This document shows positions 48,821 through 57,368 of a DNA stretch of 64,000 bases, one piece after another. Made by a program: the position numbers and the translations under genes. A model generated the notes under the pieces. That model saw only the letters and a list, made by a program, of their open reading frames with translations. It ran no database searches and was not told where the DNA came from. The DNA is taken from the IMG/VR virus record IMGVR_UViG_3300031884_000002, positions 289,773 to 353,772 of that record. The stretch is one strand, 5' to 3'. Position 1 is the stretch's first letter. Every line of letters begins with the position of its first letter.

Positions 48821-49588
48821 TTATTTAATTACTTGTAATGAATATGCTTCCGATAAATAATCATTTAAATAAACATAGGGTAATAGAAAATAACCATTTA
48901 ATGCCCATTGGTCCGACCAACTATTTCTAACGATAAGATATTGTAAATTATTTACATATCCACACACTAAAACCGCATGACCTCCCAATAATTTTTCTTT
49001 TGTGATATCTGGTAATGGAACTATTCCTGTTTTTGCTACTGTATCACTTTCAAAACTTTCATATAATGTAATTCCAATAATAACCGGATGATTATTTGCC
49101 AAACTATGTTGAATATCGTTTAAATTATTACAGGTATTAAATTGTAATAATACATTAGAAGATGCCGATGCATAACATTCATTTAATGGTTTGACCGTAA
49201 ACTTAGTAATATCATACGGCCAATCAGATTCCGCACATATTCCTTGTTGTTTTAATGATATACATCCATCACCTAAACAAGCACCGCTATCTTGGTCTAT
49301 TGTATTTTCAATAGTTCTTTCGTTATAATATAGAAATAAACGAGAAGGATTCGGATTTAGAGATGGTAAATTTTGAGATTTTAATTCGTAATTAAAAGCA
49401 GCGGCAAATGCGTTAGCAGAACACGAACCCAAATTTCCTTGGTCATATACTGGGTCTAATAGTAAAGTTTCTCTTAAATCAACTGTATCTGGCAATGGAA
49501 CTGAAGAAGGTTCTGCCACCATCAACTTAGATGGATGAAATAAATGATGTTTTGGAGTTGGTTTTAAATTGTAAATGTGTTTATTCAT
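48821..49588 (-). CDS. Papain-like cysteine peptidase (C1A)
   Basis: DQGNLGSCSANA (Gln, Cys), GGHAV (His) and VRNSW (Asn). Start at 49588 is supported by the upstream TATTTATA. Confidence 0.9.
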   Translation of the reverse strand: MNKHIYNLKPTPKHHLFHPSKLMVAEPSSVPLPDTVDLRETLLLDPVYDQGNLGSCSANAFAAAFNYELKSQNLPSLNPNPSRLFLYYNERTIENTIDQDSGACLGDGCISLKQQGICAESDWPYDITKFTVKPLNECYASASSNVLLQFNTCNNLNDIQHSLANNHPVIIGITLYESFESDTVAKTGIVPLPDITKEKLLGGHAVLVCGYVNNLQYLIVRNSWSDQWALNGYFLLPYVYLNDYLSEAYSLQVIK

Positions 49589-49751
49589 ATAGTTTCCTAT
49601 ATAAATATAACAATCAACCATTATTATTTTTTAATAATTTATGTATTTTATAAAACTTAGATGGTTTTAATTTAGCCTCTTTACGAAACTCCTTTTCGGA
49701 TTTTATTCGCTTATTCCAAGATGGTAAGTTTAAGTTTTTCATTATAAACAA

Positions 49752-49827
49752 TGGTACTGCCGAGAGGATTTGAACCTCTAACTTTTCGCTTCGAAGGCGA
49801 TTACTCTTCCAATTGAGTTACGACAGC
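49752..49827 (-). tRNA. tRNA-Arg(UCG)
   Basis: TCGC-CTTCGAA-GCGA, short variable loop, canonical T-arm, CCA. Confidence 0.9.
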
Positions 49828-50007
49828 ATTTAATTTGACCTGTTTAATTAAATCTCTGGCTTTTTGGGCATCTTTTCGAGTGATTGGTGCTTCACTTAAA
49901 TTAACAATGCCATACGGAACACCTTCTCCCCGTTTCCAAGCATCCAATACTAATTGTCTAAACTTTGGATTAACCAGTTCAATTTCTTCTTTTTTTAATA
50001 GTTTCAT
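49801..50007 (-). CDS. Hypothetical protein (3' end overlaps tRNA)
   Basis: 68-aa ORF. Confidence 0.5.
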   Translation of the reverse strand: MKLLKKEEIELVNPKFRQLVLDAWKRGEGVPYGIVNLSEAPITRKDAQKARDLIKQVKLNAVVTQLEE

Positions 50008-50321
50008 AAATTATTTATATCATCAAATATTAACTCTGGAGCACCGGCTAAAATACTTTCTTTGTCAATACACGCATCGGCACCAAATATATAAAAAAAT
50101 GTTTGCTTTAATGTCTTATGATATGCCTCGCAGTATTTAAATCCTGCCTGACTAATTTTTATTTTTCCCCTGAACTCGTGGGAACACCACTTTTCTTGTA
50201 TTTCTTTACTAACATATATATTCATAAATTGTTCTTTATTCTGGGTGGAGAGAATAAAGATGTTTACTTGGTTATGGCTTGCCGCACGTTTGTATATCCC
50301 ACCATTCACCCAACTCACCAC
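50004..50321 (-). CDS. Hypothetical protein (start uncertain)
   Basis: ORF track; coupled to the downstream ORF. Confidence 0.5.
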   Translation of the reverse strand: MVSWVNGGIYKRAASHNQVNIFILSTQNKEQFMNIYVSKEIQEKWCSHEFRGKIKISQAGFKYCEAYHKTLKQTFFYIFGADACIDKESILAGAPELIFDDINNL

Positions 50322-50565
50322 TTGGGAGTTATTTTAATATTTTTAACACCAATTTTGCCTTTTTTAATTTTGCGGCAGTCTTTTTATACTCTTCTTCCGT
50401 TGAGTTTTTCTTAAAATTATTACTATTAAGTCTTCTTTCTAAGAACTCAATGTAATTTTTTTCGTGTTTTAATCTTGTTTCCTTTTCGCTCATATAGTAT
50501 AATCAATAGAGTTTTTAATTATATGCAAGTTATAAAACTCACTGTTATTCTAAAATTATTTTATT

Positions 50566-50922
50566 TCAATGATGATGACTTCCTCCATTATTAAAATGGT
50601 CGTCATGACCAGAATGAGATTTCCAATTTCCATGTCCTCTTTCCCATCCATGGAAACGTTCTAACCGCCAAGGTTCGCAATGATACCAAAATCCACTGGG
50701 ACCAAGATACATATATTCTCCCCCAGCAACTCCTACATATTCAAATCCATCCCATATATACGTTTCGGGATATAATCCAATTCCCACTACGGGTTGCGAT
50801 ACAACCACTGGAGCAGGACCACTAATAACCATGCTAGGAGTAGTCCATGTAGCAACACATCCTGATAAGGTTAATGACATTAACAATCCAACTAATATAC
50901 TAACTGTTTTTGTATTTTTCAT
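50566..50922 (-). CDS. Putative lipoprotein with Gly/His-rich tail
   Basis: Lipobox LSGC after a hydrophobic signal peptide. Start moved to MKNTKTV to avoid the tRNA-Val overlap. Confidence 0.7.
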   Translation of the reverse strand: MKNTKTVSILVGLLMSLTLSGCVATWTTPSMVISGPAPVVVSQPVVGIGLYPETYIWDGFEYVGVAGGEYMYLGPSGFWYHCEPWRLERFHGWERGHGNWKSHSGHDDHFNNGGSHHH

Positions 50923-50925
50923 AAA

Positions 50926-50999
50926 TGGTACGGGATAAAGGAATTGAACCTTTTCTTTTTGAGTGTAAATCAAAATCGCTACCATTACAACAATCCCGC
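50926..50999 (-). tRNA. tRNA-Val(UAC)
   Basis: TTTGA-TTTACAC-TCAAA, T-arm, A73, CCA. Confidence 0.88.
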
Positions 51000-51086
51000 A
51001 TACTAACTAAAGACGGGGTTCATATTTTACTACGAACCTTACAGCAATTCCTACATATGGTAAGTATGTCAAAATACCAATACAGT

Positions 51087-51332
51087 TTAAACTTTATTAT
51101 CTTGCCAATCTTTTACTATTTTATCTAAAATCTCTTTATCTATTCTTTGTGCTAATAAGTTGGCAGATGGAGAGGGATTAAATTCCCACTTATTACATTT
51201 AGGACACTTATAATATGACGGTATAACTGGATTTCCCATATCTCCAATTATGGGGTCACTATCCTCGATGACTTCCATTTTAATTATTAAATTATCTATC
51301 TCTTCACATTTTTTACATATTTCATTATTCAT
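51087..51332 (-). CDS. Small Zn-finger hypothetical protein
   Basis: CKKC...CPKC pairs. Confidence 0.6.
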   Translation of the reverse strand: MNNEICKKCEEIDNLIIKMEVIEDSDPIIGDMGNPVIPSYYKCPKCNKWEFNPSPSANLLAQRIDKEILDKIVKDWQDNKV

Positions 51333-52174
51333 AAATTATTTCTCGCAGTCAAGTTTTGCAACCATATCAAGTCATTATTTCCAACAGTTGGAGCAAGCGA
51401 CGGAATATTAGGATATGAGAATCTCATATTAAGAACAATTGGGTCGGTCCATTTTTTAATTTGAACATGTCCATCACAAAACGATATTCCATTTGCTCCA
51501 TTATGATATGTAGCTGGATAATCTACCCAATATAATGTAGATACATCATCAGAATTTGATTTTGGATATTCTATAAAATATGCATCATTTATAGTATATG
51601 GACTTTCATCCATCATTAACCATATATTAGATGGTCCCATAATAGCAAGTGAGTTTTCAGTTCTCATTGCAATTCCCGTTTTGTTTTTATTAAAAACATT
51701 AATCGGATTAAGCCATCCATTCATAGACATACTTCTACATCTAGGAACCAATTGATTATGAATCGAAACCGTACTAACATCAGATGGACAATGATAAATG
51801 TTTGGTTGTTTAGAATAAGGATAAATACATCCTATTTTAATCCATGCCGCATTCGTAGGTTCTCCTACCGGAGCAATTGAATCCATTCTCCCCGGACACC
51901 ATTGTAGAGTTGCCCCTTGAGAATCCATTGCCGTATTTGGCTGAGACCCGATTTCTCCATTTGGAGCCAAAATACCATTATTATCTTGCGAATACATCGT
52001 CCATGCCATTCCAAGTTGTTTTAAATTATTAACACATGCTATACCCTGTGCCGTTTGTTTAGCTTTAGTTAATACTGGCAATAACATTGCAGCCAAAATT
52101 GAAATGATTGCAATTACAACTAGTAATTCTACTAATGTAAATCCCAAACATATTTTGCTGTTTTTTATTTTCAT
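51329..52174 (-). CDS. Prepilin-type N-terminal cleavage/methylation protein with H-X9-DG motif (DUF1559-like)
   Basis: [44 protein letters not shown] and [15 protein letters not shown]. Confidence 0.92.
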   Translation of the reverse strand: MKIKNSKICLGFTLVELLVVIAIISILAAMLLPVLTKAKQTAQGIACVNNLKQLGMAWTMYSQDNNGILAPNGEIGSQPNTAMDSQGATLQWCPGRMDSIAPVGEPTNAAWIKIGCIYPYSKQPNIYHCPSDVSTVSIHNQLVPRCRSMSMNGWLNPINVFNKNKTGIAMRTENSLAIMGPSNIWLMMDESPYTINDAYFIEYPKSNSDDVSTLYWVDYPATYHNGANGISFCDGHVQIKKWTDPIVLNMRFSYPNIPSLAPTVGNNDLIWLQNLTARNNL

Positions 52175-52180
52175 AAAATA

Positions 52181-52360
52181 TTATTGTCCGTTCACGGATT
52201 TCCATTCTTCTGTAGTATAATAAGATGAATATTGATATATATCGTCTTTATAATGTTTTTCAACATATTCGATTTCCCATAATTGCATTAACAATTTATT
52301 TACAAAATGTAAATGTGCTGACGGAGTTTCTCGTGTGATTTCAGTAATAACTTTTTTCAT
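52181..52360 (-). CDS. Hypothetical protein (start moved to MKKVITE)
   Basis: The longer ORF start overlaps tRNA-Cys. Confidence 0.5.
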   Translation of the reverse strand: MKKVITEITRETPSAHLHFVNKLLMQLWEIEYVEKHYKDDIYQYSSYYTTEEWKSVNGQ

Positions 52361-52366
52361 AAAAGA

Positions 52367-52447
52367 TGGAGCACAGTGTTGGAATCGAACCAACTCTTTT
52401 AATTAGCAGTTTTGCAGACTGCCGCCTTCCCATTTGGCTAACCGTGC
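52367..52447 (-). tRNA. tRNA-Cys(GCA) with 11-nt variable region
   Basis: GCAGT-CTGCAAA-ACTGC, U73, CCA. Confidence 0.85.
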
Positions 52448-52702
52448 ATTAAACTAATACATAAATAACCACAATAACAATAATATTATTGCGATTACAG
52501 ACCAGAACTTCCAAAACAATGATATTTTACAGTCCGGTACATATGGAGAATAAGTTGAATATTTATTCTCATTTTCATTATCACGCATTTCATTCATAAA
52601 ATTGTAAGGTATCCTATATTATATAACATTTACCAATGGAACTATGGTAGCACATATTAGAATTGCACTAATATCTTGTCTTAATGAGAGACTTATTCTT
52701 AA

Positions 52703-52978
52703 CTATTGAACTAATGTGCCATTATATCTACTTTCGTTAATTATCGCAACATGTGGAATTACTATTGACTTATATTGATAATCTTTAAACTTTTCTGCGG
52801 CAATAGTTTTTTCAAAATCTATAATCCACATATCTATTACATTTTCATATGAAAATGAAAATCCAACAATTCTACCTTCCCATACTTCATCTTGTGGAAA
52901 TCCAGAATGAGCCATATCTACTTTAACCATTTCACCATACTTGAACTTTGGTTTATTTTCCATCGTGTAATGTTTCAT
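52703..52978 (-). CDS. Hypothetical protein (SH3/KOW-like)
   Basis: KFKYGEMVKV...WEGRIVG; sigma70-like promoter upstream. Confidence 0.6.
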   Translation of the reverse strand: MKHYTMENKPKFKYGEMVKVDMAHSGFPQDEVWEGRIVGFSFSYENVIDMWIIDFEKTIAAEKFKDYQYKSIVIPHVAIINESRYNGTLVQ

Positions 52979-52987
52979 ATTGTTACA

Positions 52988-53015
52988 AGTATATAGATTA
53001 TGGATTAAAAGTCAA
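52988..53015 (-). promoter_or_regulatory. sigma70-like promoter
   Basis: TTGACT-16 nt-TATACT. Confidence 0.65.
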
Positions 53016-53030
53016 GTATTAAAAATTATG

Positions 53031-53102
53031 AGGGAATGGACGGTGCCGCCCCGTCGTTTCAAGTTTACAAAACTCGTGTTCTAGCTGTTGAACTACAAAC
53101 CC
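53031..53102 (-). tRNA. tRNA-Thr(UGU), atypical (possibly pseudo)
   Basis: CGAGT-TTTGTAA-ACTTG; T-arm GACGG-GGCGGCA-CCGTC; two acceptor mismatches; no encoded CCA. Confidence 0.6.
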
Positions 53103-53200
53103 AAAATTATTCTTTTCTACATATATTACATAACACAACATGAGTGTTTTAAGGTCATGACTCCCTATGACTGCCGAAATTATTTATATTTTCTCTTACT

Positions 53201-53286
53201 TGGTGCTGCCGAGAGGATTTGAACCTCTATAAACTTTCGTTTCAGATTCGTAATCTGATGCCTAATCCAATTCGAGCCACGACAGC
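53201..53286 (-). tRNA. tRNA with anticodon ACG (Arg) and a long variable arm
   Basis: GCTGTCG/CGGCAGC acceptor, TCAGA-TTACGAA-TCTGA, variable hairpin AAC-GAAA-GTT, T-arm, A73, CCA. Confidence 0.85.
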
Positions 53287-53287
53287 A

Positions 53288-53470
53288 TTATTTATTTTTT
53301 AATGATTTTTCAACTTGTTTCTTTGCTTCTTCAAAAGAAACTAATTTAGGAGAAGTATCAATGGCACGTTGAACTTTTTCTCTAATTATTCGGAAACATT
53401 CATCTTCTTCTATATATTTTTCTACATATTGAAGAGTATTTTCCGATATAATATTAAAATCTAAGTTCAT
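53288..53470 (-). CDS. Hypothetical protein
   Basis: 60-aa ORF. Confidence 0.5.
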   Translation of the reverse strand: MNLDFNIISENTLQYVEKYIEEDECFRIIREKVQRAIDTSPKLVSFEEAKKQVEKSLKNK

Positions 53471-53605
53471 TTATTTCTCAATAATTGTTCCAACTCTGCT
53501 TGACGTTGAATTAAATTATTGCGTTGTTCCGACACTAACTCTTTAGAGTTTAATCTCTTGGCACAACGTTTTAGACGATTTCTTAATTTTCCGGTCTTAT
53601 GTCCT

Positions 53606-53806
53606 TCATTCATATATTTTATTTTTTGTTTTTTGTTTTTCTATCCACAAATCACATTCTTTTTTATGTTTTAAATAATTACGTGCGGCATCTGGACAAA
53701 TTAGGTCTACTTCTCCATTCTCTAAAATAATAATGGCTGGTTGATTGCCTATATAAAATATATTTCTGTCTAAGAAGCAATCATATCCTTCAATTTTTAA
53801 TATCAT
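53606..53806 (-). CDS. Hypothetical protein
   Basis: 66-aa ORF with a sigma70-like promoter upstream. Confidence 0.55.
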   Translation of the reverse strand: MILKIEGYDCFLDRNIFYIGNQPAIIILENGEVDLICPDAARNYLKHKKECDLWIEKQKTKNKIYE

Positions 53807-53815
53807 TGTAAAATG

Positions 53816-53844
53816 ATGATACCGTACATTTAATTATTTGTCAA
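53816..53844 (-). promoter_or_regulatory. sigma70-like promoter
   Basis: TTGACA-17 nt-TATCAT. Confidence 0.65.
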
Positions 53845-53976
53845 TTTTTTATTTTGTTCTATACTTGCTTTCCATTGTGCCTTTGCTTTTTCCAAAGTAG
53901 GCAATGGTCTATTTTTTAATTTATTCATTCTATCTATTACATCTTGTCTATTTTTAATATAATCTGTTTTCATAAT

Positions 53977-54050
53977 TGGAGCAGGTAAAGGGAATCGAAC
54001 CCTCGCATAAAAACTGGCAATTTTTCAGGCTACCATTACATCATACCTGC
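53977..54050 (-). tRNA. tRNA-Gly(GCC)
   Basis: AAAAA-TTGCCAG-TTTTT, U73, CCA. Confidence 0.88.
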
Positions 54051-54068
54051 TTTAAAATCTAAATTACG

Positions 54069-54142
54069 AGCCTCTTCTTCGGATTGAACGAGAGATATCA
54101 ACTTTACCAAAGTTGTATGTTAACCATTTACATCAAAGAGGC
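54069..54142 (-). tRNA. tRNA-Thr(GGU)
   Basis: CAACT-TTGGTAA-AGTTG, perfect acceptor stem, weak T-stem, no encoded CCA. Confidence 0.75.
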
Positions 54143-54158
54143 ATACTAAATATTAAAC

Positions 54159-54233
54159 TGGCACTCCATAATTGAATCGAACAATTATATATTCTTTCAG
54201 AGAGAATTGTAATCACCGTTATACGAATGGAGT
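54159..54233 (-). tRNA. tRNA-Gln(CUG)
   Basis: ATTCT-CTCTGAA-AGAAT, T-arm, CCA. Confidence 0.85.
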
Positions 54234-54234
54234 A

Positions 54235-54837
54235 TCAAAATGGATTATTAGTTTCTATTAAAAGACCGCTATAAAATACAAATGGAGATGGATTGGTAAA
54301 ATTACACAAATCAAATACCTGAGTTTGTATATTAAATAAACTATTACCATATTGTAATAATTCACATAAATACGTATGAGTATATCCATCATTTGGAACA
54401 TTTCCATTGACAGGTGAATTGGTAATTACTAACTCCGATGAATAATAATTTCCTAATATGCCGCTATCTACGTAAGTCATTATTGATAATGTATTTATAT
54501 TGATAAAATCTCCATAATTCACTAACATTCCTAAATATATCGGAGACGTATTGGTATAGATTGCTTCGTTACTAAATGAGGATTGATTTCCGGAAATATC
54601 ATACGCAGTTGAACTGAAATAATAAACCGAATTAGAAAATCCACTTAAAATAATATTAGTTACATTTCCTACATTTAGATTATTATTATAAACTTTACTA
54701 TTAGTTCCATAATAGACAGTATATCCAATTGTGGTTGAACTTGGAGATGCTATCCAACTTAATTGGACCGGATATGAGTATCCCAACAATGCAATAAAAA
54801 TTGTAAAAATCGTATAATTCAGTATTTTTAAACTCAT
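54235..54837 (-). CDS. Secreted fibronectin type III domain protein
   Basis: Signal peptide, then VQLSWIASP..GYTVYYGT...YYFSSTAYD..GNQSSFSNE. Confidence 0.8.
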   Translation of the reverse strand: MSLKILNYTIFTIFIALLGYSYPVQLSWIASPSSTTIGYTVYYGTNSKVYNNNLNVGNVTNIILSGFSNSVYYFSSTAYDISGNQSSFSNEAIYTNTSPIYLGMLVNYGDFININTLSIMTYVDSGILGNYYSSELVITNSPVNGNVPNDGYTHTYLCELLQYGNSLFNIQTQVFDLCNFTNPSPFVFYSGLLIETNNPF

Positions 54838-54842
54838 ACTGA

Positions 54843-54871
54843 ATTATACCTTAACTTACCTGTTAAGTCAA
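54843..54871 (-). promoter_or_regulatory. sigma70-like promoter
   Basis: TTGACT-17 nt-TATAAT. Confidence 0.72.
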
Positions 54872-54877
54872 TAAAAA

Positions 54878-55189
54878 TTATTGAAGGAATGGTATGCCTG
54901 AACTAATATTTAATGCGGCAGCAGGAGCAGAAGTTACACTTAATACAAACGAACCACTAATTGGTAATGGGGCAGCGACGGTTCCTGCATTTGCAATTAC
55001 ATTTATAGTAGAACTCCCCGATGCGGCAGCGATTGCGGTAGCCGATAAGCCATTGGCGGCAACAACTAATGTTATTGCACTTAAATTAGAAGAGTTCCAC
55101 ATTGGATTTCCTGTGATTGATGCTGGATTTCCTAATTGAGTTACGGGTGCTACGGTTAAAACTACTTCTTGTTCAGTGGTGAGAATCAT
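54878..55189 (-). CDS. Small Ig-like (Big_2-like) beta-sandwich protein
   Basis: LTVAPV..GNPA.ITG.PMWNSSN...GLSATAIA...TINV pattern. Confidence 0.6.
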   Translation of the reverse strand: MILTTEQEVVLTVAPVTQLGNPASITGNPMWNSSNLSAITLVVAANGLSATAIAAASGSSTINVIANAGTVAAPLPISGSFVLSVTSAPAAALNISSGIPFLQ

Positions 55190-55411
55190 ATTGTTATATT
55201 AATATTTTTTTTGGGTTATATGTTATTTTACCAGCCGTAATTATTAATCTTATAGCTGGTTTGTTTTTTATTGGACCGGTTGTGATTATTAATCTATTTG
55301 CCATTGGAATCAGTATTGGTCGTGGTCCCACTGGCGGCATCTTGAATATTAGATTTTTTAGATTTCTAAACACACTTCATATATATAACAAACTTTATTA
55401 AAGATGATATC

Positions 55412-56215
55412 TTATAGATTTGATTTGGACCAATAACCACGTCCATTTGAAACGTTTATTCCATATGATTTACACCATTTTCTCACTGCATTATCACTAA
55501 CTCCATATTTTTTTCCTAAGTGTGTCATTGGAACTTCTAAAATTTCCTTTTCAAGAGTTTCTTTAGATGGACGTATTACTTTTCGTGTAAATTCCCTAGA
55601 TGTTGAATTATATTGGGTTGTTCTATTTTCGGATTTTTGATAACATGTATTGCACAAAATAGAAGTTTTACATCTTTCATTTCCACACGGACATAAAAAT
55701 ATTTTTTTGTGTTTTTTACCAGCATATGTGTCAGTTTGAGAATGACAGTTAGGACAAATCCACTGCAAATTATTTATATTATTATCATTTGATATTCCAT
55801 TTTTATGGTCTAATTGCAATGACAATGGTTTATTATTCCATACAGGATGGATTTTACATTCATTACAAATATATGGTAATAAGTTGTAATGTTTTAAATA
55901 TCGTTTTACGGTATCTCTTGAAAATTTTGAATCTTTTATTAATAAATTTAAATTAACTTCTTCGATTGTCATTTTACCTAAATTATAAAATTTTCGACCT
56001 TTATTTGAATCTATACCAAGTGGTATATGAGAATAATCAATTTTTTCTTCAATCAATCTTCGTTTTAAGGTATTTGTGTTGCCTCCTTTATTTTCAAGTC
56101 CACACTTATTTAGTAGTTCACTTAAAGAAGTGGATGACTGAACATGATTTTGAAATTCTTCTATTGGAATTTTCCATATTATACTTCGCTTTGCCCTTTT
56201 ATGTATTTGTCTCAT
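55412..56215 (-). CDS. HNH homing endonuclease
   Basis: CNEC, LQLDHKNGISNDNNINNLQWICPNCH and C-terminal HTH. Start at MRQIHK is supported by the upstream TATTTATA. Confidence 0.88.
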   Translation of the reverse strand: MRQIHKRAKRSIIWKIPIEEFQNHVQSSTSLSELLNKCGLENKGGNTNTLKRRLIEEKIDYSHIPLGIDSNKGRKFYNLGKMTIEEVNLNLLIKDSKFSRDTVKRYLKHYNLLPYICNECKIHPVWNNKPLSLQLDHKNGISNDNNINNLQWICPNCHSQTDTYAGKKHKKIFLCPCGNERCKTSILCNTCYQKSENRTTQYNSTSREFTRKVIRPSKETLEKEILEVPMTHLGKKYGVSDNAVRKWCKSYGINVSNGRGYWSKSNL

Positions 56216-56277
56216 ACATATAAATATATAATAGAAAGACAAATAATCGAACTTTCCTGTGTCTAAACATTAATAAT

Positions 56278-56353
56278 TGGTTCCCCATCTATTACTCGAA
56301 AATAGTCTTAAAAGTTCAAAGCTTTCCGTGCAAAACCCTTACACTAATGGGAA
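56278..56353 (-). tRNA. tRNA-Gln(UUG)
   Basis: AAAG-CTTTGAA-CTTT, T-arm CTATT-TTCGAGT-AATAG, CCA. Confidence 0.8.
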
Positions 56354-56359
56354 TTAAGT

Positions 56360-56513
56360 TGGCACTGTCTTTCCAGTAGTCACTCTTCATATTCCCCGAT
56401 TGGATTCGGTTCCTATTTTTAGACGATTCGAGTTGCCGCCTATTTAATAAATTTAAGCTGGTATCGCCTACCTAACGATACCGAAAGCACTATCTACACA
56501 TGGTAGTAGTGAC
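56360..56513 (-). ncRNA. Candidate structured ncRNA ending in GCCA
   Basis: GC-rich non-coding island with several stems: GTCACT/AGTGAC, GGTATCG/CGATACC, TAGGCG/CGTCTA, CCGA/TCGG, ACTG/CAGT. Confidence 0.5.
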
Positions 56514-56524
56514 AAAATGATGAA

Positions 56525-57253
56525 TTATTTTAATTTAAACGTATTGCCACCAACACATTCAAATGGAACATCATCAACTACATCATTAGCGGGTTGAGCA
56601 GTTGATTTAACTGACTCTGGACTTACAATATTAACCCCATCAGAATGTCCTACTAATGCCGCCGCAGCTTTTTCTGCTTCTTGACTATTAGGATGAACCG
56701 ATTCAATTGAAACATGTTGTCCTAACACTGCATCGGTTGCTTTATCATGCATATTGTTTATAGAAATAACTACATACTTGCCTTGAGCAGCAAGAGCTTT
56801 TGCTTTTTCAGTATCATCTTCCGTAGGACCGTGAGTTGTTTGAGCATGAGCAAACGCACGTTGAGCATCATTTCTATATCCATCACCATGTTCTTCGGCG
56901 GTATCCTCTGGATGAATTTCTTCCAGTCCAGTTATATCACCAACCGTCCATTTTTTAGGAGTCATTGCATTTTGAGTGGCAGATTGATGTTGTTTTTCAT
57001 CATTTCTTTCACGTTCTAACATATCATGAATGTTTTGTGATAATTCATCGGCAATTTGTCTTAATTCTTCAATGGATAATTCATCATATTTAATCATTCT
57101 GGGACGCATACCATGTAAACTTTTATAGTCATCAGATATTTGACTTATTAAGTAACTCTTTTCCTTCTCTTCAGGAGATTGAAGCGGCACATTTTCTACA
57201 ATTTTCATGCGAAAACGATTACCCACCATACATTCAAATAATTTATTACTCAT
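56525..57253 (-). CDS. Hypothetical protein with duplicated terminal FECxxGNxFxL-type motif
   Basis: N-terminal LFECMVGNRFRMK, C-terminal PFECVGGNTFKLK, internal ISDDYKSLHGMRPR. Confidence 0.8.
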   Translation of the reverse strand: MSNKLFECMVGNRFRMKIVENVPLQSPEEKEKSYLISQISDDYKSLHGMRPRMIKYDELSIEELRQIADELSQNIHDMLERERNDEKQHQSATQNAMTPKKWTVGDITGLEEIHPEDTAEEHGDGYRNDAQRAFAHAQTTHGPTEDDTEKAKALAAQGKYVVISINNMHDKATDAVLGQHVSIESVHPNSQEAEKAAAALVGHSDGVNIVSPESVKSTAQPANDVVDDVPFECVGGNTFKLK

Positions 57254-57288
57254 AATAGATATAAATATATTGAATTATATTAAAAATG

Positions 57289-57368
57289 AAGAGGTTACAG
57301 GAATTGAACCTGTCACTTCGGAAATATAATTCAACTTATACCCGACTTCTCACCAGATAGCAACCCCA
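57289..57368 (-). other. tRNA-like element with an 18-nt anticodon loop
   Basis: Canonical T-arm ACAGG-TTCAATT-CCTGT, acceptor GGGGTT/AACCTC, TCGGG/TCCGA stem. Confidence 0.45.

Noticed and set aside
52594-52705. Possible TAG read-through extending the 52703-52978 ORF into a hydrophobic tail
   Set aside because: The continuation hits TAA at 52619-52621 and does not reach the next gene junction cleanly, so a decayed small gene is more likely.
45868-56242. ORF-track start codons at 46629, 49621, 50985, 52393 and 56242 (also 35528)
   Set aside because: They overlap tRNA genes or lie upstream of the TATTTATA motif; downstream in-frame ATGs fit better.
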